Source of the DNA: Amoebophrya sp. A120 | Taxonomy: Eukaryota > Protista > Dinoflagellata | Direction: 5' to 3' | Assembly (NCBI GenBank): GCA_905178155.1 | Contig: CAJINV010000011.1 | Span: forward strand, 431,914-495,913 | DNA: 64,000 bases | In this document: piece after piece, positions 28,301-37,340 of the stretch | How positions within the stretch are numbered: the stretch's first letter is position 1 | Layout of the letters: each line of letters opens with the position of its first letter | Made by a program: the position numbers and the translations under genes | Notes under the pieces: generated by a model | What the model was told of the DNA's origin: nothing | The model's input: only the letters and a program-made list of their open reading frames with translations | The model's database searches: none

Positions 28301-29749
28301 CCCACGACACGCGGTGCAGTTTTCTTTCTGTGCTGGCGTGCTCCAACTAAACCTTCATCTTGATCTACTTCAACGTGAACGTCGGCGGCGCCCTCGGTTC
28401 GCAAGGAGGGGAGGGACGTGGCGTCTGCGGTAACGGCCGGCACCCACTCGACGTACCGATTTTGCCCGCGCCAGGGGCCGTTCCACCCCCCCGGCTGCGC
28501 TGCCGCCCGGCTATCTATGCTCATCGCGTGCTTCTCGGAGTTTCCGAACCACACGGACTGCGCCACCTGGTCGGGTGAAAAGGTCTCGGACGCAAACTCG
28601 GGAAAGGGGGAGATCCAGTCCGCGACCCATATCAACTACAAACCTCGATCTGGATCTGGAAGATTTATTTTTCCATGGTTGTCATCAAGCATATTTTTCA
28701 TGAAAACCCATGATGTCTGCTGTAATGCATGCCCTAGCATCACAAATCTTTAGAGGGTTTACTAATGGCTAGTATTTTTCCGCATGAGAAAGAACGCCCT
28801 CTCCGCGTGGCACAAACTAGAGTGGTCCTCTTGCTGGTCATGGAATGCAAATTTTTTTCGAATCCAGAGACAGCATCACAAGTTTAGAATCTGCCAGACC
28901 CAGACATATTTGTATCTGATAATCCAGTAGTCGACTCGATTTTCCATCTTCTCCTTCACCACCTGCAGATATGAGAGTGCACAACTCCCCCTCGTCCCCC
29001 TCATTTGTCATGCAAAATACCTAATGTAATCACTGCCTTGCCTCTTCCTCTTGGCTCTGTCTGCATGACAAGTTCTGGCAGTCCAAATGAAATAGCACTA
29101 CACTCCTGTGACACTCCACCTGTGCATCAAATTAGTGATGCAAAAGAACCGGTATTATGCAATACAAATCCAAATGAGTGGGAGGGGGAGTGGTGCACTT
29201 TCGTAGCAGAAGCCACCGTCGCAGGGTGGGCGTTACCGTCCTCGTGTTGCCGGGGGCCCCCAGCCAGTGCTCTTTTTCCGCTTCCGGGCCGACAATGTGA
29301 ACCACGTTGGGGGCACTTTTTTCCACTCGTGCGGCCAGCAAGGGGGAGAAATTCAGAAAAAACACATTCGTCTTGTCCGCAAAGTGCTCGCTTAGCACCT
29401 TCATCGGCAAGATCGCTTGCATCATTTCCGTATCCAGAAAGCCGCCGGCAAAAACAATGTTCAGTTTCTTCTCGTTCCTCCCTATGATAGTATTTTCTTG
29501 TTCAGTAGCAGTAGCACGTTCTCCTTGAAGGCTCAGGGCCGCCCCCGAAACAGCTTGCAACTGTCCACCACTTTGCAAGCAGATGGACAAGATTACAAAT
29601 GATCCCAATAAGTAGAAAACCGCCACCCCTGCCGACCAACAGGATTTTTGTGAACGCAGGATTGTCATTTTTTTGCAATTTTTACCATAACCTTTCATCT
29701 TACAGATCATGTCGAAAATAATTGTACACCCGAGCCTTTGTTTGCTCAT
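22351..29749 (-). CDS. Type II membrane multi-glycosyltransferase: GT1/UDPGT + GT32 + GT47/exostosin (about 1,650 aa, 10 exons)
   Basis: TM segment VAVFYLLGSFVILSICL. GT1 motifs IVYFSLGT and FVSHCGMSSVNEALQARVPLVGLPYQNEQTLNA. GT32 motifs IPRRLVQT and SDFFRLLTLYRHGGVYMD. GT47 motifs KVYVYPLP, ADVFFVP and STFCLQPEGDTPSRKGMLDSLALGCIPV. Removing 9 introners gives 4953 nt, open to the stop at 22351. Confidence 0.8.
22376..22536. mobile_element. Introner F4
   Basis: TIR, direct repeat CTTCC. Junction TLE|AIQ. Confidence 0.88.
22599..22902. mobile_element. Introner F1
   Basis: TIR, direct repeat GGAAC. Junction TRF|LTR. Confidence 0.9.
23973..24181. mobile_element. Introner family F5 (TIR TATSCAAGAARAAAACTGTGT..GTGTAACT)
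   Basis: TIR, direct repeat GAAGA. Removal completes the exostosin motif KVYVYPL|PDK. Confidence 0.9.
24245..24518. mobile_element. Introner F1 (left end TC instead of TA)
   Basis: Direct repeat AGTTT. Junction RQT|DSS. Confidence 0.85.
24820..25202. mobile_element. Introner F2
   Basis: Eroded TIR, direct repeat TCTGC. Junction PVQ|KAS. Confidence 0.85.
25314..25634. mobile_element. Introner F2
   Basis: TIR, direct repeat CCCCA. Junction GVG|GAA. Confidence 0.9.
25671..25891. mobile_element. Introner F1
   Basis: TIR, direct repeat ATCCG. Junction GRI|PCE. Confidence 0.9.
28630..28921. mobile_element. Introner F1, degenerate left TIR
   Basis: Direct repeat ACCCA/ATCCA. Junction DYW[I/V]ADW. 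Interior resembles 9658-9922. Confidence 0.85.
28970..29205. mobile_element. Introner family F7 (TIR TATGAGAGTGCACAACTCCCCCT)
   Basis: TIR, direct repeat GCAGA. Junction WLL|QVV. Confidence 0.88.
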
Positions 29750-30528
29750 TGATACTATAGTTCGTGATAAAAAATTTGTGATTTAATTGTGATTTAACTA
29801 GTTACTCGAAGAAGGATGAGCCGGCCTCGAGGACCGGCGATGCTTGAAGAGAGTTAGAAATAACAGGTACTTTTACTATGCAATGCAAAATCAAATGCTA
29901 TAGGTTCAAGAATCCAGGAAACGTAGGATAGGTGAACAAAACAATACTTGAAGTTTGAAATTAAGCAAAAGCAGTAGCAGAGCGAACTGGACAAAATAAT
30001 ATTCACTTTCAATTTCTTGTTTAATTTTCCTCTCTGCGTTCTTTGCTCTCAATGTCTCTCGTGCCTTTTCTGTCTCTCATGGGAATCAGTCCAGTCCCTG
30101 CAAGGCTGAGAAAAACAGAGCCGGAGCCCCATGCGCTCGAAAGCCTCGCCGGGTTTCGCTGGACAATTAAAAATATTTAATCGCCTCAAACACCGATGTT
30201 GCTAGACTCGTCGATTAAATACAATTTAATTTCAAAAGTTCGATCACTTTCATGACTTCGCTTCTCCGAATTTCTCACACTACTTCTGCCCTTGCCAGGT
30301 GTGATTCTCCTGGAAAAATCAAACTCGTATGACAAAGGCAATTCGGAGGCGCCCCATTTTTTAGCTTGAGCAAGATAGCGATCGCCGATCTTCGGTGAGA
30401 CGACCGTACTAATTTATTTTTTTGAACCGTACTAATTTATTTTCGGCGCGCTCTATTTTGTTCAACAACATGCAGAGGAGTCGATCTTCGTCCCCACATG
30501 TTCGGCCAATTTTGTTTGCAGATTGATC

Positions 30529-30693
30529 TATGAACTGCAAAACCAAAACTATCGTACTCGTATAAATGCATTACAGACTTCATCAGCATGGGGAATAAAA
30601 TTTGTGGAATAAAATTTGTAATGCGGATTTCCCTTGGGAAAAAGATTTGTAATGCATGATTACAGTACGAGTACGATACTTTTGCACAGGATA
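30529..30693. mobile_element. Introner F4 outside any annotated gene
   Basis: TIR, direct repeat TGATC. Confidence 0.85.
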
Positions 30694-30736
30694 TGATCGT
30701 CTGATCTACAACTTCTGGAGGCCTTTTCAGTGACAA

Positions 30737-30793
30737 AGCTTCGCGTTGTACTACTGGGCTCCTTCACCTAAAGCGTAAACACTTTTCAGACAA
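30737..30793. repeat. Dispersed repeat, partial copy 2
   Basis: Matches about 21210-21266. Confidence 0.7.
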
Positions 30794-31349
30794 AATGGAT
30801 CTTTGCTTATTTTTCAGGCTAGCTGCTGGCTGAAGAGCACGCGGCCAGTACTTCCGGTGCTATTATTTTTACATCACTGCATACCATGTCAGCAAGTCAT
30901 TTCAACGAGAACTAAAAGGAAAAAGTCGTCTAACAAGAAGTCCGACTTTGCTACAACACAGGTGGTCTGTTGATGTAAGTAAGACTAGGGCGGGAGGCCT
31001 TTCCAGTAGTTTCCTCTTTCTGAGAAACCGCGAGTGTAAGTGCCAGTTTTATTTTCTGTGGAAACAAGTCATGGCTCTATCCAGCCGGAACCGTTCATTT
31101 GACACGTGCGCGAATGTGTCAACATATGTGTTGTGTGTGAATTAGAGTTTCAATTTGTGATGCTACATCAAAAGCTGAACCCTTTGTCGAAGTTTTCTGT
31201 CGATAATGCCGTCGCGATTGCGTTTTTCTCAACTCGAATCACGACGGTGCGATAATTATGATCATGTACTAAAACGATCCCACGTTCAGTCACGATCATG
31301 GCACCACACGCTTACAGGATCAGCTTAGAAGCCACTAACTCGTGAAGAT

Positions 31350-31493
31350 TATGCGCTGGTGTCGCTTTGTTCAGTACTAGTTGCATTTGCGTTCGACGAA
31401 GTTGTACATTGTACTACTGGGCCCTTCTTGAAGCTTATTAAACACTTTACAGACAGCTGCCCGCAGTTCCGCGAAGTTCAAGTTGTGGGCCAG
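31350..31493. repeat. Dispersed repeat, copy 3, just 3' of the calpain stop codon
   Basis: Matches 21161-21300. Confidence 0.75.
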
Positions 31494-31516
31494 CACTCGT
31501 TATATATAAAACTTCC

Positions 31517-34500
31517 CTACAACCCATTGCGCATGTTCGCCTGCCGCCTGCGTTCCGCTGCTTCCTGAGCGCGCCGTCGCCGCTCTGCAATCGTATGATC
31601 CTCCGGTGCAGCGAGAGGACCATCCGGCGGTCGTGGCTGGTCTTGTACGGTCGTGGAGTTCGGTTTGCGCCGCTTTTGTGCACGTGGGTGATTATGATTA
31701 TCCGCGCCCTCCTCACTACTTGAATCCAACTCGATCACCTCATTCGCTGGTGGACGAGGTGGTGGAACTGGTACGGCGACATTTCTAGTTGTACCACCGG
31801 AGGTGCTTGATGTTGCTCCACCCGACTGCTGCACAACATGCAAAAATGAACTGCTCGTGCTTGCACCCGCGCCCGCCGCGCCCGGCTGGGGTTGAATACT
31901 CAATGTTGTCTCTTGCAAAGAAAGTCGTAGCGCAGCTTCCAGATCGTCGTCGCGTGTGACGATTCCGGCTGCCGGTGCCATCCACGAAGAGGTGCTGGCG
32001 CCACTACCGCTAGCTGCGGCAGCCGAAAGCGCCAGGGCGGCCTGCAAAGCCGCATCTTGGTCTACTTCATCTGCAAATGGGGGCACTGACGGTACTAACG
32101 CTGGCGCGCCCGGTGCACCATCATTGCTACCTGCACCCGCTTGCTGCAAGCTCTCCTGCATTGCCCGCTGCAAATCTTGCTCCTCACTCCGCTGGGCCTC
32201 ATCTACGCCTTCACGCGAGAGCGCCAGGGCCTGCTGTAACTCGAAATCCAGGGAAGGATGCTCGATAGCTGGGTGTTGTTGACCGCCGGGTTGTATTATA
32301 TCGATCTCTCCCCGCGACGCTGCCAGCGCTTGCGCCAGCTCGTCGTCCTCGATTTGGTTCATTGATATTGATGCAAGAACATTGCCAGTAGTTATTCCCA
32401 TCAGCGGTAAGGACTGCCAATCCGACGGCGACACAACATTGTCCGTTGCTGCAAAAACACCACGCTGGCTGTAGTCAGGATCGTCTTCGTGTGTTCTTAG
32501 TGCCGACGAAAAATGACTAGTCACGGGAGTGGTCTTTGCTGTTGTCGACGAGCTGAGTGTATTTGTTTTTCCCGCGTTGTTCTTGCTGTGGCCTGCAGCT
32601 TTGCTCGCTGATGCTGGCGCATTACGAAATTGTGCATCATCGTCGTCGTCGTCGTCGTCCGGGGAAGATAAATCCGCAGAAGAATCGGACAGCTCTACCA
32701 CCTGCGGAGGAACTTGTTTTCCACCATGCGTACTCGCAGCTTGATGTTCCGGCTTTGATGTTCCGCGCGTGGGTGCGGTGCTGGGGTCGTGCAGCTGCAG
32801 CCCCACTGTGGCGGGCGCAGCATTTCTCTTGGCTGCACCTGCATTTCTGGATGAAGCTGACGGCGCATTGTTCGTAGCCTGCTTTGAAGATGGCATAAAG
32901 TCCATCAAATTTGCAAACTTCTGCTTCTCCATTTTCATATCTCTGTCATTGTTTGTCCCACCCGCACGCCTTCCCGCAAGCTTTTGGAACCGAGACTTGG
33001 CGTCCGCTTCGATGCTTTCCAGGGATCTCGCTGCTGCCTGTTGGTTTTCAGCAGGAGGAGGAGGGGGTCCTTTCGCTGACTGCGCCTCGCCGGAAGGACC
33101 AACCACCTGCGGGGGCGGGGGCGCCGCCACGTCACTTCTATCCCGCAGTCCCTCGTCTCGCTCCGAAGCCGAAGAGGCGGAAGAAGCGGAAGACAGCTGC
33201 AGCACCAGTTTAGGCAGGGAGCCGAGCTTTTGCGCCGGCTGGAAAGTATGGCAAGAAACGTGACCGAGCTCGAAATCCATACCGGACTGCACTAAGACCA
33301 TGAGCAGCCGGGATTTGGTCTCATTTTCAAACTCTGCCTCGTACCGCCTCCACACCGCCTTGAACTTCTCGCGCTCCTGGTTTTCCACCGTCTTGTGCGC
33401 TATCAGTCCGGCGGACGTGCGGCAGGACATACCTCGAACCAGAGCGGTTACGCGGAATGACAGGCATAGTGGTCCTTGTTGTTGAGAGGCTGGTTCTTGA
33501 TCAAGATTATTTTTACCTGATAGATGGATTTTGGCATTGGCAGCGCCGTCCTGCGCAGTTCTCCTTCCATCATCGCCCACCATCAGGTAAAGAAACGCGG
33601 TGTTCGCTACACGAGGTCGGCAAAGCAAAACGCGATAGGCCGGCGCGCCGTCGAGAACCACATTGCGCACCAGGTTTTCCTGCAGGAGGCAGAAGCCTTA
33701 TCAAACTAAAAAAGTTGCTGCCCTCGCGCGCCCAGGAACGAATGCTGAGGCCTGATAATGTTTGTCCTCACGCGGATCTGAATGGAAAGAACTTCAGCTG
33801 CACTAATGAATGCCGACGTCAGCAACAGAAATTATCGCATTCGCCGCCGATGAATATACAAAATGAGGCCCCGAGTTTTTGTCTTTGCTGGCGATATTTC
33901 TACATCAAGTACTCGTGGTCAGTTCACGTTTACAGGCACTGGGGCACAACTTTTCAGTTCGATAGCTTCTGCAACGGGGCCCGGAAGTCCGGAAGCACCG
34001 GAAGCCGACGTACCTGCACCGCGCCCGAACAGACGAAGCGAACGACGTAGGAGAGTTCCTTGTCTGTGGCTGCTGGGTGACCAAACGAAACGGGAATGAC
34101 GACTGCGCGGTCAAAGTCCGTGTCGCCAATGTTGCCAACATCACCCTGCAGAGGATGACCAGATGGACCGCCACTTCCGCTCCACACACTATCTCGGAAA
34201 GGATTTGAGTCGTGTAAATATGATCGTGCAGCTGGACCCCGGGGCGGCGAGCCCTGGGTTGCCATTGCGTGGACGGGGTCGACAAAATTCCTCGACGCCC
34301 CAGCAGTAGTACCACTCGTATTAACCAGCCGAAAGTGCGTGTGCCCGTTGCGGCGCTGCCCTAGCATTTTTCCGAAAACGCGAAACCTCGCGGGATCGCA
34401 GTACCAGGGAATCACATTTTTCTTACTCCCCATCGATGAAGATGATGATTTCTCCTCTGGGCCGCCCGAGGACGTAGTTCTTCGCACCGGGGTGAGCACC

Positions 34501-36545
34501 AGAAAACCGACGTCGCACTGCTTATACGAAACTTTGCGGTCCGCGCGCCCGGCCCAGGCACCGCGGCGCGTCTTCTGAATCCCCATTACGTACACTTCCA
34601 CGGCCTCCTGCAAGTAGGACTGTGCGGAGGTAGAAGAAGATGAGCCCGAAGCCGCATGACCACTTCTCTCGGGCGGAAGTACCACTTCGAAGGCGTGCAT
34701 ACCCCGCAAGGTGGCCTTTTTCGCGGGAAAATTCGTGTCGAAGCTCTTGGCGTGCAGTCCGGGAAACGCGAGGCAGACGTCCACGTTGCTGAAGCCCATG
34801 AGAAAGTGGTCGTAGTCGATCCAGAACGTGCCATCGTTTTCGTTGCTGCGATCCAGACTGGCACGGTCCAGATCCAGCGTGCGCGCCAGCTGCTTCCATT
34901 TCGCCGACTTGTCGCTCCAATCGCCCTTCCACTCGCCCTGCCCGTGCGGGTTGCGAATCTTCAGCAACCGCAGCACCCCGTCGGCGCCGAACCCGCTCAC
35001 ATTTCCGCACCCGTGGGTCAGGCTCGGGTCGGGCAGGTTGCGGAACTCGCGCACCTCCAGGATGGAATAGGCGTGGTTGCCCACCAGCCCCACCTCCCGG
35101 AGCTGCCCCCGGCCGCCACCGCTGGTACCGCAGCCCATCGGCAGTTTCTTGGCGTGAAACCCGCGCAGCTGGGTCCATATCAAATGCAAAAGTGTCTGTG
35201 TCTGGAAAGTTGGAACTTGTGATGCTAACTTTGGACTCTAAAAAAATCTGTAGTGCATGGCCAGCAAGAGGAGCCACATTTGTGCTACGCGAGGAGGGCA
35301 TTTGTCATGCGGAAATGGCATCAAGACGGCTTCCAAAAATCTGTGATACTGGGTTATGCATTACAAGCATTATTGGTCATGCCAGACAAGCATGACAAGC
35401 CTTGCATTCTTCCAGACCCAGACATATTTGCACTTGATAGTCCAGAAAGACCGGCTATTGTGATTCCGGTCGTCGAACGAGAACGCCAAAGTGGGGCAGC
35501 CGGTCAGGTCCAGAAAAGCTTCGGCGACCTCCCCACCCGATATCGCCTGGTAGCAGCCGTGGGCCTTGGCGTATGCCTTCTCGAGGAACTGCACCCAGCA
35601 CTGGTAATCGTTGGCCTTACTGTAGGCGAGGTCCAGCGCATTGGCTGTCCGCGTCACCAGCGTCTGCGGGTCCAGGCGTATCGATTGGCCCCCCGACAGA
35701 AAATTATTGCGCCCCTGTTGCCGTTCTCGCTGCGCCTCCAGGTAGTCCCGCGTGTGTGCGATCGCGTCCCGGTTCGCCGCCGAAAGGGCGAACGGGTCGG
35801 TGCTCGCATTTCCGCCTGCCGAGGAAAATGTAGCAGTAGCACTTTGCTCCGGGCGTAGTCCCGTAGTTGCCGTGTCGCTCCTCAAAATGCGCCCGGCGGC
35901 ACCACTACCATTAGCACTACGCAGCTTGTCCGGATTGGTCTCGTCAATGATGCAGGGCAGAAAATTATCGATGAGTACGGAGCGCCACCACCCATCGAGA
36001 AACAAATAAACCTCCACGAACCCGCGGTCACTCAGCTCGAGGCGCGGGAACAACCGGTGCGCGAGGTCCGCGCGTTCCGCAATCACGGCCAGGGCGGACA
36101 GGAACCAGCAGTCGCCCACTTTTCCCTGCACCAGGTCATCCGCGCGGAAGCCCTGGGGCCCGACAAGAACGTGGTGGTTGTGCGTGCCGAACCGGTACCA
36201 TTGCATCTGTTCCGCGGAGAAGGCCCACCGGAAGAAGTTGCACCGCCGGTTGGCGCAATGGAAGTACGCCTTCCCGGCATTTTTCCCCGACCGACCCACG
36301 TACGACAATTTCGGCTCCTGGTTGCACCGACACTTCAGCTTCCTTCCCTTTTCACCCTCAATCGATTTGGCCAGCGGGGGAAACTCGTCCGCGTCTTCGA
36401 AGAGCCGGTCGCTCGAAGCGAGCTGGTGAGCGCGCGCGCGGCCCTCGGCGACAAACGCGGAGGTTTCAATTTCGTTGGGAACCACCCAGTTGTCATGGGC
36501 CCCTAAATCGCAGGCTACTCCGCGGACGAAGCCTCGGTCGCTCAT
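31517..36545 (-). CDS. Calpain-family cysteine protease with GRF zinc finger and C-terminal SIM/UIM/VIM-like motifs (about 1,496 aa)
   Basis: GRF finger CRC...SGKNAGKAYFHCANRRCNFFRW. CysPc triad QGKVGDCWFLSAL / GNHAYS / IRNPHG, plus LEKAYAK. Five UIM-like repeats. The join to ORF 31517..33670 is in frame either by introner removal or by GT-AG intron 33680-34013. Confidence 0.8.
33699..33964. mobile_element. Introner family F6, old (TIR TATCRAACTRAAAAGTTG.TGCCC)
   Basis: Imperfect TIR and no clean direct repeat. Removal plus 5 nt gives QKL|CLLQEN in frame. Confidence 0.6.
35178..35439. mobile_element. Introner F1 inside the calpain catalytic domain
   Basis: TIR, direct repeat GTCCA. Junction FWT|QLR. 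Confidence 0.92.
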
Positions 36546-37340
36546 TCTTCCCGTGTCGGTTGCTGCGTGGTAGAGGGGGGCTGAGCAAGCCCCTGATCCT
36601 CATCAATCAAATGCGACACGTCGTGTAGAAGTGGGCCATAGTTCCTCTAACATTCATATAATATATGCATTTCAATGCACATCTTTAAGCAAAACTGAGG
36701 ACAAGTAGTTGTAGAAAACAAAGTCAGAAACTTCGCGTAGCAGAAAATTGATTCGGGAGAACGAAAAAAACCGCAATCGCCGCCCAGCACAGTGAACAAT
36801 AAACCATGAACAAGGTACAGCCGCACTCTCTCTCCTCATGTGCAAACCACTGTGAAAAAGAAAATTGAAGCCGGGATCTCATTGACCAAAAAACACCTGG
36901 AGAGCAAAAACCTCAATACAGGCAGGTGCTACGTGATGTCAACTGTCCAAAATCAGCGAAGACAAACGCGATCGATGTTTTCATGGTGGAGATTAGAACT
37001 GAACAAGATAATCTTTTTGTGATAGAAGCTCGGCGTGGTACAGAGATCTTTTGCATTTACATAGGGGGCGAATTTGTTCACCAAGAGCTGGCACAGGTAG
37101 ACGAACACGAGTTATTACGTTTCACATGTTCCACGACGTCTCAGTTATTTTCATATTCCATCAGCCAACGCTATCGCGTGTAAAAATTTCAGTTGCATTC
37201 ATAACATTCTCGGAGTCGCTATATTTATCGTTCTTGCTGGGTAGAAGTTCTTGAAGAAAAAACTCGGCACGGCAGTCTGAGCAAGCAGTTCCGCGTAGAT
37301 GAGGCCCAGCAAGCCGGCCCTGACCCGCTCCGGGTCATCA

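Noticed and set aside
28963-29236. Canonical GT-AG intron spanning the F7 element
   Set aside because: It is in phase, but a TIR with a perfect GCAGA repeat gives a tighter in-frame solution. It is kept only as an alternative.
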